The notes beneath the pieces are model-generated. The model saw only the letters and a list, made by a program, of their open reading frames with translations, ran no database searches and was not told the DNA's origin. A stretch of 63,738 bases of DNA, counting the filler, from Octopus bimaculoides (taxonomy: Eukaryota), in NCBI RefSeq assembly GCF_001194135.2. It is 7 parts of 6 records of this genome, joined end to end, with 100 filler letters (N's around TTAATTAATTAA, not from the genome) between each part and the next. Parts side by side here need not be neighbours in the genome. Positions count along the whole stretch, not along the records: positions 23,295 to 40,880 come from NC_068984.1; 6 more parts are not named here. One strand, written 5' to 3'. Of this stretch, positions 24,681-36,770 are shown in pieces (position 1 is the stretch's first letter; each line of letters begins with the position of its first letter). Position numbers and translations under genes: made by a program.

Positions 24681-24997
24681 CATCATCACCATCAGCATCA
24701 TCATTTCACGCCTGTTTACCATGCTGACATGGGTTGGATAGTTTGACTGAAAACTGGTCAGCTGGGAAGCCGCACCAGGTTCCAATCTGATTTGGCATGG
24801 TTCTTACAGCTGGATGCCCTTCCTAATGCCAACCACTCCAAGTGTGTAGTGGGTGCTTTTTATATGTTGCTGGCAGGGGTGCAAGTTATGTAACACCAGT
24901 ATCGGCCATGACTACAATTTCACTTGGCTTGACAGGACTTTTCAAGCACGGTATATCGCCAAAGGTTTCAGTCTCCTGTCACTGCCTCCACGAGGCC
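24681..24997 (-). mobile_element. Diverged RTE 3' end with (GAT)n tail
   Basis: CAGCTGGATGCCCTTCCTAATGCCAACCACTCC..GTAGTGGGTGCT and TTTCACTTGGCTTGACAGG. Confidence 0.8.
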
Positions 24998-25227
24998 TAG
25001 TGTTTGAACAGTTCTTTTTACATGAAGATGCTGAAAGTAAAAGATGATCATTAGAATATTCAACTGACAGACAATCATAAGTGACCATCAAGTAGAGACT
25101 GCCACTGGTATCGTTGTTGAACACAATGTAAAGCTTTGTGGAAATGGTGTGATTAAAGATGCATTGGTGCAAATGATAAAGAACTTAGCGAAATCAAATT
25201 AATTGCTGCAGTTCTTTGGAGATAGTA

Positions 25228-26457
25228 TTGGGTTGGCAACTAAGTTCCCGCCGTTTTTTTAAATTTAAATTTTTTAAAAGGTTTAATAAAGAATAATAAC
25301 TAATTAATCAATAATGTATTCACTCTTGTTGTTTACAACTTCTTCCCAGCATTCAACCTCATTGGTAGAAATCACCCGATTTCGACTTGAAAAATTGATC
25401 CAACCAAGCTCTCAATTCTGCATCGGTCTTGAATGAAACTCCGTGCATAACATTTGAAAGAGATCAAAAGAGGTGGAAATCCATTGGTGCCAAATCAGGA
25501 GAGTATGGCGGGTGTGGCAGCACTTTACAGCCATGCATTTGGATGGCTTCCTTGGTTATATTGGTGATATGAGGGCGGGCGTTGTCATGCAGCCAATTAG
25601 GTCTATTCTCTTGAATAGCCATGTTGAGTCATTCCATCTGTTGAACATAGAGTTCTGCGTTGACCGTTTGGTTCCATTCAAGCAATTCATAATGGATAAT
25701 CCCTACTCAGTCCCACCATATGCACAACATCATTTTACACGGATGAAGATCTTGTTTCACACGTGATGTCACTTATTTACTGGGGCTAAGCTATTCCTTA
25801 TGCTGCTTCATATTGATGTTGCCAGTAACGATTCGATAAAGAAATCGTTGCTTGTGTCCATGAGTTGAGCGGTGACAAGCAAGCAAACCAGCGAAGATTG
25901 TGATTTTTACTGTTGTCACTTAAAGCATGCGGAACCCATGCTCCATACTTCTGAACCTTTCCCCAGGAGTGAATATGATTCTCTATAGCAGTGTGGAAGC
26001 ATTCCATTTTCTCTGCCAGTTCCCTTGTTGTTTGACGAGAATTTTTGTGCACAAGTTGGTTTAATCACTCTTCATCAAACTCAACTGGACGGCCAGAACG
26101 AGGTGCGTCTTTGAGGTCAAAATTTCCATTTTTGATCTTGGCATACCAATCATGAGCAGTTCTTTCAGCTATGGTACCCTCTCCATACACAGCACAAATG
26201 TCATGAGCAGCTTTTGCGGCCTTAGAACCTTGATTAAAAGCAAGAAGAAGGTGTCAAAAATGCTCGTTTTTAACTTTACATTCCATTTTAATGATCTGAA
26301 AATAAACAAAAATTAACTAAAATTAACTAGAAAAAGACAAAATAAATTCCAAAATGATTCAAAAATAGAATTCTTGAAAACAATAGATTCCAAAATTTAA
26401 AAATGCAATAAATTCCAAAATTTTTAAAAAATGGCAGGAACTTAGTTGCCAACCCAA
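25228..26457 (-). mobile_element. Full-length mariner (DD34D) transposon, 1230 bp, second family
   Basis: TIRs TTGGGTTGGCAACTAAGTTCC(C/T)GCC(G/A)TTTT, identical for the first 21 bp, with TA on both flanks. Confidence 0.96.
25304..26286 (-). pseudogene. Mariner transposase pseudogene
   Basis: MECKVKNEHF, DAPRSGRP, WVPHAL, LHDNARPH-(34)-YSPDLAPMDFHLF. The first catalytic D (TGDEKW) is deleted; several stops and frameshifts. Confidence 0.93.
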
Positions 26458-26592
26458 TAGATTTGTGTAAAAGGATTAGCTACATGTTTCTCTGGGATTG
26501 GTCATGTTATGTACACACCTCTATGCGACCACAATAAGGGTCAACATACTATATATATACCCTTAAGAATTGTGTTAGTGCTTTGTCATTAC

Positions 26593-27553
26593 TTAATTTA
26601 TTTTTACCTGTACGAATTTTCTTGTTTTTGCAGCATTCACTTTTTGCATTTGACCTTCGTAATCTTGTCTTGCAGTGTGATCTCTTATAACCAAATTTCT
26701 GACAACTATAGCATTCTCAGTTTTTAAATGGACACTCTTTTCTGAAGTGTTGGCCTCCACATTCTTAACACAGATTGGAACCTGGCACTCTTTTTTTAGT
26801 TGTACTTTCCGGGTCGACACATCTGTATTTTTGCGGAATCTTTCTCTTGAATTTTTTTTCACATCATGCTTCAGGTTTACCATTGTTTGATATTCTTCTG
26901 CAATGGTCTGTAGGATCTTGGTTTGCTTGCTCCACTTTTGAGAGAATACTTGTCCGAATTTCCGTATCTTCAGTTGCCATAAAGCCTTGTGTGAAGATAA
27001 GGAATTTAAACATATTCTGAGTGAGTTCCTGAAGTTTAAAGTTTTCAAACATACAGTTTACTGCTCCAGCATATGCAACAAAGTCATCATTGTCATTTTT
27101 TGTTAAGTTCCAACACTCCATTCAAGTGTTAAATAACAAACTTTTGTCATAAAAGATCTTTAATGGTAATTCAATAGTTTCTTAGAAACTAATCTCACTT
27201 GACTTTTTGGGCAATATAAGGTTACAGCAGTGTTCATGCTTGTCCGGAGCTACCTTGCATAGTAATAGCCTCACTTTCTCCTCATCCGACCATGACATGC
27301 AATCTTTGTTAAAAATTTCCTTGTACCTTCTATAGTATGCAGGAAACATAATAGCCTCCTCTGGATTATAAGTGAATTCAGAAATCAAGTTCACCAGGAT
27401 GTCTGGTGTAAATAAACTTACCGAATTTTTGGACTTCCTTGACTGTAACTGAATTAGCTGTTGTTGTAGTTGTACTATTTGCTTCTGCAACTCCTTTAGT
27501 TGTTCCTGTTGCTTCCCTTGAAGCTGTGTTACTGCAGCTAATAGGTTCTCCAT
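26593..27553 (-). pseudogene. Ty3/Gypsy gag remnant with two CCHC knuckles and start of protease
   Basis: EFTYNPEE..FPAYYRRY..IF..D...WSDEEKVRLLL.K....H....NLILPK is a K02A2.6-like gag pattern. Knuckles C*ECGGQHFRKEC and CYSCQKFGYKRSHC, then RKFVQVKIN. Confidence 0.82.
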
Positions 27554-27597
27554 AATTTAACAATTTGTATGACGCACAAATTGTCAAATAACCAACG

Positions 27598-28296
27598 TCA
27601 TCATCATCATCATCGTTTAACGTCCGCTTTCCATGCTAGCATGGGTTGGACGATTTGACTGAGGACTGGTGAACCAGATGGCTACACCAGGCTCCAATCT
27701 GATTTGGCAGAGTTTCTAGAGCTGGATGCCTTTCCTAGCACCAACCACTCCGAGAGTGTAGTGGGTGCTTTTACGTGCCACTGGCACAAAGGCCAGTCAG
27801 GCAGTACTGGCAACAGCCATGTTCAAAATGGTGTATTTTATGTGCCACCTGCACAGGAGCCAGTCCAGCGGCACTGGCAACGATCTCGCTCGAATGTCTT
27901 TACACGTACCNNNNNNNNNNNNNNNNNNNNNNNNNNNNNNNNNNNNNNNNNNNNNNNNNNNNNNNNNNNNNNNNNNNNNNNNNNNNNNNNNNNNNNNNNN
28001 NNNNNNNNNNNNNNNNNNNNNNNNNNNNNNNNGTTTTCACAAGCCTAGTTTCATGTCCAATGAAGGAGACGACGTTGGCATAGGTGCCAGTCGTCGAATT
28101 TTAGTTCGATTTCAATTTCACTTGCCTCAACAGGTCTTTGTAAGCGGAGTTTAGTGTCCAATGAAGGAAGGTACGTATAAGTGGGCTGGCTACACCCCTG
28201 GCAGAGGTCTTGGATTTAGGTCTCACTTGGCTTGCCGGGTCTTTTCACGCACAGCATATTTCCAAAGGTCTTGGTCAGAAGTCATCGCCTCGGTGA
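27598..28296 (-). mobile_element. 5'-truncated RTE LINE (ORF2 C-terminus, 3' UTR, (GAT)n)
   Basis: TEAMTSDQDLWKYAVREKTRQAK* followed by a repeat-rich UTR and CCATGCTAGCATGGAAAGCGGACGTTAAACGATGATG. Confidence 0.9.
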
Positions 28297-28328
28297 ACTC
28301 GTGAGCTTTGAAAATCCTTGTCGACAGA

Positions 28329-28677
28329 TGTTATATCCTTACGCCTCCAATATCGTAGTACAGTTGATATTGTCGATGATAGAATAAGAACACACTGTAA
28401 CAGTCTTATAACAATACAAAATAGAAACAGCGGCAGTAAGAAACGCGTAATGAACCAACAATCTTTTACAAACCAACATTCAATATTTCCAGCATACTAA
28501 CTCGAACTATAAACTGTACCTGGATTTCGGAGACCGAACTATGAACTACCGACTATACCAGACCACTACTATTTGTATGTAGTGAACCCCTCTATTCTCG
28601 TCAGAGAGTGTTATACACTCGCCACAACATTAACAGACTACATAGTAATGACTGGAACTGTTGGTGTTACCATGACA
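28329..28677 (-). mobile_element. Candidate Gypsy 5' LTR with adjacent decayed PBS
   Basis: Minus strand begins TG (28677, or alternatively 28629) and ends ..GGATATAACA at 28329, followed by TCTGTCGACAAGGA, which resembles a TGGCGACGAGGA-type PBS. It lies upstream of gag on the same strand; no second LTR is visible. Confidence 0.5.
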
Positions 28678-28885
28678 TTTGAGTGATCTGATGAGTTAAC
28701 TTTTCTTTATTTGCATTGATTTGTGAATATACAATTAAAATGTATATTGCATAGCATGCTTATTCGTGTATACATAATTCATTCCACACTGAAAGTATTA
28801 CTACATCATGAAGGCTGAGAAATGACTGAAATTCTAAGGATGTCAAGTGGTCAAAGAAATATATTCACCTCTCATATTGGTGACA

Positions 28886-29020
28886 GTGACACGTAAAAGC
28901 ACCCACTACACTCTCGGAGTGGTTGGTGCTAGGAAGGGCATCCAGCTCTAGAAACTCTGCCAAATCAGATTGGAGCCTGGTGTAGCCATCTGGTTTCACC
29001 AGTCCTCAGTCAAATCGTCC
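28886..29020 (+). mobile_element. RTE 3' tail fragment (left arm of fold-back)
   Basis: AAAGCACCCACTACACTCTCGGAGTGGTTGG...CAGTCAAATCGTCC. Confidence 0.9.
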
Positions 29021-29630
29021 GCTTTCCATGCTAGCATGGGTTGGACGATTTGACTGAGGACTGGTGAAACCAGATGGCTACACCAGGCTCCAATCTGATT
29101 TGGCAGAGTTTCTACAGCTGGATGCCCTTCCTNNNNNNNNNNNNNNNNNNNNNNNNNNNNNNNNNNNNNNNNNNNNNNNNNNNNNNNNNNNNNNNNNNNN
29201 NNNNNNNNNNNNNNNNNNNNNNNNNNNNNNNNNNNNNNNNNNNNNNNNNNNNNNNNNNNNNNNNNNNNNNNNNNNNNNNNNNNNNNNNNNNNNNNNNNNN
29301 NNNNNNNNNNNNNNNNNNNNNNNNNNNNNNNNNNNNNNNNNNNNNNNNNNNNNNATCACGATTTCGCTTTTGCTTGCCCCAACAGGTCTTCGCAAGCTGA
29401 GTTTCGTGTCCAATGAAGGAGACGACGTTGGCATGGGTGCCAGTTGTCGAATTTTAGTTCGATTTTGATTTCACTTGCCTCAACAGGTCTTCGCAAGCAG
29501 AGTTTAGTGTCCAATGAAGGAAGGTACGCATAAGTGGGCTGGCTACACCCCTGGCAGAAGCCTTGGATTTAGGTCTCACTTGGTTTGCTGGGTCTTCTCA
29601 TGCACAGCATATTTCCAAAGGTCTCGGTCA
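29016..29630 (-). mobile_element. 5'-truncated RTE LINE lacking its (GAT)n tail
   Basis: Collinear with 27598-28296 across a gap; begins at CGTCCGCTTTCCATGCTAGC. Confidence 0.88.
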
Positions 29631-29736
29631 TATAGGTATATATATATACCTATATATATATGTATACATATGTATATATATACACACACACACACACACA
29701 TACATATACATACACACATACACATATTCACATACA

Positions 29737-29897
29737 ACAGGTTTCCTTACAGTTTCCATCAACCAAATCCATTCACAAGGCTTTGGTCAGCCCAGGATTA
29801 TAGTAAGAGACAATTGTCCAATGAGCCAAGAGGTGAGACTGAACATAAAACCATGTGGTTTGGAAGAAAAAATTCTTATCACACAACCATGCCTCTA
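29737..29897 (-). mobile_element. Diverged SINE family A, 5' half
   Basis: CAGTTTCCATCAACCAAATCCATTCACAAGGCTTTGGTCAGCCC. Confidence 0.78.
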
Positions 29898-30877
29898 CTC
29901 CTATATTATTCACAATCAAACTACAAATGTCTAAAATTCCTTTCAGAAGGTTACACCATAATTTAATTCATCACTTCTCTTATAGAAGCAAAATTGGTAA
30001 CACATTATTTCTCAGCTGTTTGGAATTACATTCTCCAAATCCTGAAGTTTTGGTTCCAGTGCTACTCTGCCTACTTATAACATGCAATCTACTCGGACTC
30101 CCAAGAGTGCACGCTGCACAGTCAGGAAAAAAGAAAAAAAAGAAAAAAGGAAAGAAAGCAGAGAAGTAAAGACTTGTACAAGAAACATTGATTATATTTA
30201 GATTGCTTTATCCATAGTAGCTATATGTGCAGTTTCTGGTGCTGCTGCTGCTGCTGCTGCTGCTGTTGTCCTTGTGTTTAGGTGATACAACTAAACTAGC
30301 AATGTCCTTTTGCTTCATTCTAATCAATACTCCACATGTGCATAATACACCTGACACTGCTTCCTCCTGTTTCTTACACAAACTCAGATCCACTACTGAG
30401 TGCTAGCAGTTGCATTGTTTTGCCAACCACCACTCCGTCTCCAGCAACACCACCACCGCCAACACCAACACCAACACCACCGCTGCCAACACCATAACAA
30501 CAACCACAACAAGAGCAACAACAGCAACATTACTAACAACAACAGTTTTTTTTTTTTTTCATTTCCATTTTTTATTCTCATACAATATTTGTAGCATTTG
30601 TTAGTATTTCAGCTTCTCAACATTTTTACACAAGAACAGAAACAATTATTTATAAACAAAACAAGTGACCATCTTATTTTTTCATCCCTAACCCCACACC
30701 AACCCCTAAAAACAACAATGACAACAACAACAACAACAATAAACAGTGCATTTCCATAACCAGACATTTTGCTGTATAGTGCACAACCATATTTTATAGG
30801 TGGCCACAAAATTGTGTTTAACACTGTATATATACACATACACTTTTCTCTCACTCTTTCATATACAAACACACACA

Positions 30878-30939
<62 letters not shown>

Positions 30940-31558
30940 AAACTGTTGTTCACGATAAACCAGTTGAAACTGAGTATTTACACCTTTAATAATATTCCAC
31001 TGCAATTTAACTCTGCTTCATAACTGGAAATCTAATATAAACAAAAATGCAGAAGATAATTTGATAGTTATAGACATGTACATGAACAATTTTTTACTAC
31101 ATTATATTTCTATCTATATTTCAAATACATTTTACTCGATATTACAATTTCTTTTGTTGAGATAGGACATGTTTTCTTTATTTCATGCACAATCCATACA
31201 TAAATTATGATCATTTTCTTCCAAATTTACATATGACCATTTAGCTAAAGCAAGTTGTTTATGTATTAATGGAAAATGGCTTGGATAACATTGTAAACTC
31301 TTCCTCTATTTTTTCAATATGCATTTAGGTGTACTTTTTTTTTTTTTTAAATAAGGTAACTTAAAATATTGATTGTTTTCACACACAGATATATGATTAT
31401 GAAACAGTTTTACTAGTTGCCCACAAAAGCAACAAATATTGCAAATATTCTAGTTATATTAGTATCATTTGCATTATATACATTTACAATACAATAACTG
31501 CTATTAAAGAAAACCAATTCTTTCATGATTTTTCATTGAGTATTGTTTAAGTCAACTA

Positions 31559-31800
31559 CATCATCATCATCATCATCATCGTTTAACGTCCGCTTTCCAT
31601 GCTAGCATGGGTTGGACGATTTGACTGAGGACTGGTGAAACCGGATGGCAACACCAGGCTCCAGTCTGATTTGGCAGAGTTTCTACAGCTGGATGCCCTT
31701 CCTAACGCCAACCACTCAGAGAGTGTAGTGGGTGCTTTTACGTGTCACCTGCACGAAAACGGCCACGCTCGAAATGGTGTCTTTTATGTGCCACCCGCAC
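31559..31800 (-). mobile_element. RTE 3' tail
   Basis: Near-identical to 27598-27850. A second 36-bp tail tip lies at 31988-32023. Confidence 0.9.
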
Positions 31801-32287
31801 NNNNNNNNNNNNNNNNNNNNNNNNNNNNNNNNNNNNNNNNNNNNNNNNNNNNNNNNNNNNNNNNNNNNNNNNNNNNNNNNNNNNNNNNNNNNNNNNNNNN
31901 NNNNNNNNNNNNNNNNNNNNNNNNNNNNNNNNGGGATCAGCAACAGTTGCTTCACCACATACCAAAGTTCAGACATATATATACATATCATCATCATCAT
32001 CATCATCGTTTAACGTCCGCTTTACATATAAATATATACATACGTACATATATATATACATATATACACATATATATATACATATCTACATATATATATG
32101 CATATACATATGTATATACATATACATATTATATACATATATATACACATATATATACATGTATATATACATATATACATACATGTATATATACATATAT
32201 ATATACATATATACATACATACATATATATGCACATACACACACACACACACACATACACACACATATATACATGCATGTATATATA

Positions 32288-33156
32288 ACAGCTGCATCCT
32301 CATTACACAAGAGCCATTGGCAAGAAGACTTACTGAAATGATTCATGATTGTTGCCATGTGATGCCCTTATATGACTTTTAAGCCCGGCCAAGCTTTTAC
32401 ACATTTTATTACATATTAGACAACTGTGCTGGCTGGCAGGAGAAATAGGTGCCACCATATGCACTCTCTTAACATGTTTTTTTAGACCTCCAACTGAGAG
32501 GCACACCCTTCCACGTTTTACACATCAAGCCAATCTATACCATATCGCTGTAACTTTTTTGCAACAAGCGCGGATCTTCTCTCTGGACGAGATTTCAGAC
32601 AATCATTGTCTAATAACGTTCGAACATTCCAACATCCTATATTCATAGGCTTGCATCTTAACTTGAATTTATTCACAGTTGCAGGATGACGACCACATCC
32701 AGGCTGTGGTGCACTGGGACACCTGCTGGGCCAGACCACAGAACAAAATGTTTCAGAGTTCTTTTTGCCATTTATTTCATTATCAATATGAACTTGCATT
32801 GTTTAGATGTGCCTTTTTAAGCTTCGGCTAGCCATGGACATACAAAATATCCATTTCTTTTTCCTCTCCAGCAATACCTGTGCTTGACACTTTTTAAAGT
32901 GAGGAAAAGTTTTGCACAGCAACCATTCCCACTCTCTAAACTACAAAGCATGATCCAAAAAGAAGAGCAAGTCGACATCATTGGGTGCAGTTGCAGTCGC
33001 AGGTTTTATATCAGAGTGTTCTTCTCCCAGTCTTTGCCCAACGAAAGGCTAACTACAAGACAGCAGTGAAGTATTTAAATTCAGAGTTACTTTCTCCTAG
33101 ATAGACTGCCTTCACCATGGCTTGGGGAAAACAGGAGTTCTATCCACCCCTCATCT
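32288..33156 (-). mobile_element. Internally deleted RTE (BovB-like) LINE: 5' UTR and APE N-terminus joined to C-terminal zinc finger
   Basis: MNIGCWNVRTLLDN...RPERRSALVAKKLQRYGID (APE start) runs near 32532 directly into degenerate C-terminal sequence containing CLICNKMCKSLAGLKSHIRASH. Confidence 0.75.
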
Positions 33157-33376
33157 ATTTTTAAAAAAATTAAAATAAGAGAAATAAATAGAAATTAAAA
33201 ATTGGTTAAAAACTGAGTAAATCTAAAAATAAGATTGACATACAATATATATAATTTAAAAACACAATATACAATATGAATAGGGACTACACCTTGTGAT
33301 GGCTGTACATGCAGTGGGGAGGGGGACAGAAAATTGATGTCCTTATGACAAAGGTAAGTAAATGTATTTAGTTTAC

Positions 33377-33437
33377 CTGGCAGGACAAATAGGGATGATG
33401 AGTGAAAGTGATGAGTTTGGCCAGTGGTGGTACATTG
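33377..33437 (-). CDS. Candidate internal exon (NVPPLAKLITFTHHPYLSCQ)
   Basis: Long pyrimidine tract with a CTAAT branch-like motif and GCTAG acceptor, CAG|GTAAAC donor. Phase compatible with exon 36771-36893. Confidence 0.3.
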
Positions 33438-33654
33438 CTAGCAAATTCAGAGGAGTACGAGCAATTAGACAAGCAGAGAAAGAAAAGAAACAGCACAGAT
33501 AACCATGTCACGGAATACATTCATGACATGTGTGTGTGTGTGTGTGCATGCACATGTGTGTGTGCATGCGTGTGTGTAGCAGTAACATCACAGATACTGA
33601 CGTAGTATTGCAATGTGTGTTGCAACTGAGCAATTGTAGAGGGTCAGCAAGTGG

Positions 33655-33855
33655 ACGTTACCTGGTTTCCATGGGATAAGTGACCAAGATCAAAGCATTC
33701 CCCCTGAACAGGGGGAACAGTCCATTATAGAGCTACTGCTAACTGAAGTTGAGCAATGAGAATTGAAGTGTTTTGCTCAAGAACACTGTGCACCGCCCAG
33801 TTGAAACCATGATCTTGCAATCATGGGCGCAACAACTTAATTCCTAGGCCACATG
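33655..33855 (-). mobile_element. Diverged tRNA-headed SINE (family D)
   Basis: Minus strand GTGGCCTAGGAATTAAG (A-box-like), GGTTTCAA (B-box-like), TTCTTGAGCAAAACACTT (CORE-like). Confidence 0.55.
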
Positions 33856-35630
33856 GACAGGGCTGCAAAATTGAGAAGTTTCCGATTCAGTAGAGGAAAG
33901 ATATTTTTTTGGGATGTGGTTTTGGTAATGTAATGCATATATATGTGTGTGGTCAATATAAAGAACCACAGAAACCGAAACCTAATATTTGCACCGCACA
34001 CACACAAAGAGTCAGTTAAAAATTTAATAATATCCTACTGTAATTAATTCTGCTTCAAGACTGGAAATCTTATCTAAAAAAAAAATTACGAAGATGATTT
34101 ATGGTTCGAGACTTTCATTTGATGGAAATAAATTTTTAGACATTAATGCTAAATAACTCTTGAATGTTAGCTTAATAAAAAAATAAATGAAATTTTATAG
34201 TAATTTCTATTATTTTCCTAAATAAATGTATCTGTGTCTTTTATAGATCTAATCTTCTATAGCATCTTATATATCTTTTACTCTTCCTGCATATAACATC
34301 TACTTTGTTATATAGCCTAACCCTTCAAGCATTTTAGCAGTTTTACAATTTACCAAAGTGATTTCAATACATTTATCTTAGCATATCCATACCTAAGTCA
34401 TTTTTCTCAAATTGTACAGCTAGAGGTTATATATGGCTGTATATCTCTACTACCAGATGTTTCACTACTACAGAATGTTCAAGGAAATTCATTTAACAGA
34501 CATCAACACATTTTGTTGAGTCACTAAGTGATTCATGTCTCGCTTGCTTGTTTTCAACCTGATGGCTTCTACTTTTATATGAAGAAATGTGATGGTTGAG
34601 TGGACTGCAAGTTCATATTTCCTTGCAAGCTTTGCATATCACTCTCATCTCAGTTTAACTAGCTGACAAATAGCCGAGCATTTAAAAAGTACCTCAAACC
34701 TGCTTAAAACCATCAGAAACCCAATGCTGTAGATTGTAAAAGAATATATCTTAAAATTTCCATTGCAATCTGATGGTCCACATGAATTTTCATCCCCAAC
34801 TGATTTTTTAAATCATTTAGAGTCTTAAATACAAATCCAGAAACTAAACGAACATTCACACTTTTGAGGTTTTACATTTTTCTTCACAGAAAGCAAATTC
34901 TCTGTTTTATCCCATTTCATGGATTTACTGACCACAAATTCCATAAGCTTATATTTCTGTGAATGTTAATAATATCTAAAGTTTTCTAAGTACCAGTCTT
35001 GAACAATATATACACTATACACTATACAACTTCTATCTTTAGTGCACATCTTCAATATTTCTAATGTATAATATAAATATGCTTGAACTTATGTACATCT
35101 GTGATGCTCTTACAAGAGACTTTTAGGTGAAGGAAGAAGAAGAGTTATACTGAGTGAAGTGTTAGGCAAAAAAAAAAAAAGACAGAAGTATTTAGTAAAG
35201 GAGATGGCAATAGTCAGAATGGAAAAAAAATAAAGAACAATATACGTAGTCTCACACACACACACACACACACACATACACACATACACACACACACACA
35301 CACCTTCACAGGTTATTGTTGAAGTAATAGAGATATAGGTAGGGATGTTGGTTGATGGCGACAGCAGTAGTGATTGTAGTAGTGATAACATGAATATTCT
35401 TTGTAATTACTGCGAAACTCTTAGGCGAACAAATGAACTTCTGAACTGCTGCCAGGACAGAAAACTTTTGCTTCTTCATCTACAGTTTCATTCAGAAGAA
35501 TTTAGAATATTTTTCCATAAAAATAATGTAGAATTGATCTAATTTCATAAAAATATTAGGAACAGCATTGGTGCCTTTTGTTTTGATTCATTTGAGTTAA
35601 AATAACTATACTTGAGTTAAAATAACTATA

Positions 35631-36002
35631 CCATTTGAGCATGATCGTTACCAGCATTGCCTTCCTGGCACTTGTGCCCGTGGCATGTGTAAGGACTTTC
35701 GAGCGAGATCGTTGCCAGTGCCCCTGGACTGGCTCCTCTGCAGGTGGCACATAAAATACACCATTTTGAGCATGGCCGTTGCCAGTACTGCCTGACTGGC
35801 CTTTGTGCCGGTGGCACGTAAAAGCACCCACTACACTCTCGGAGTGGTTGGCGTTAGGAAGGGCATCCAGCTGTAGAAACTCTGCCAAATCAGATTGGAG
35901 CCTGGTGTAGCCATCTGGTTCACCAATTCTCAGTCAAATCGTCCAACCCATGCTAGCATGGAAAGCGGACGTTAAACGATGATGATGATGATGATGATGA
36001 TG
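35631..36002 (+). mobile_element. RTE 3' UTR with three about 63-bp tandem modules and (GAT)n tail
   Basis: Units begin TTTGAGCATGATCGTTACCAG, TTTCGAGCGAGATCGTTGCCAG and TTTGAGCATGGCCGTTGCCAG. A perfect 20-bp tandem duplication lies at 35592-35631. Confidence 0.9.
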
Positions 36003-36339
36003 TAGGTAGGTGTGAGAGGTTGAATCTGGCCAGTCTGAACATAAAACAGGTAGAATATTTAGGCTAGATATGACCAGATTAAATGCTAAAGAATTATAAA
36101 TATAAGAGGAGAGGCTTCGGATTGCTGATGAAGAGCAAAATTGATGGGAAAACAGAACTAGGACAAGACTAGCAGACAGTTCCTTTAGATGCAGTCACTG
36201 CAACTAGGATTGTCACTCACAGGTGGGTCTCTACAGTTACAGCAGTCACTGCTCTGTCAACAAGACTGAAAGTAAGACTTTTCAGGTACAGAAACAGACA
36301 CCTCCATATGAAGGTGTCTTTTCCTGTCTTGCAAGTAAC

Positions 36340-36545
36340 TAGGCAACCACACTAGTGTCAGTAGCATGAAAAACACCCAGGAGACACTGTAAAGTGGTTA
36401 GCATTGGGAAAAGCATCAAGCCTAGGAATCATGCTCAAACTTACACTGGAACTCGATACAGCCCTGCAGGTTGCGAGATTTTGTCAATCTATCCAACCCA
36501 TGCAAGAAGATAAAACAGTTGTTATACGGCAATGATGATGACAAT
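36340..36545 (+). mobile_element. Old RTE 3' tail
   Basis: AAACACCCAG..ACACTGTAAAGTGGTTAGCATTGGGAAAAGCATC...ATCCAACCCATGC. Confidence 0.6.
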
Positions 36546-36770
36546 GGTGACAATACAACAAACAGGATTAAATATCTGAACATTCTGGTGAAGTTTTTGA
36601 ATAGATGTCCCATACAAAATAGGGAAGGAAAAGATTATGGAAACAGGGGACAAAAAATGTAAGATAATTGAAATGTTTGGAAAACAAATTTTTCCAGAAT
36701 CTAGAATTGTATGAACTATGAAAATAAATACAAAACAAAAAAAACCCTTCCCCTACTCTTTTCCACTCAC

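Noticed and set aside
31742-32382. YI/CV/HT-repeat and homopolymer ORFs throughout the track
   Set aside because: They are translations of (TA)n, (CA)n, (TACA)n and trinucleotide microsatellites, with no domain content.
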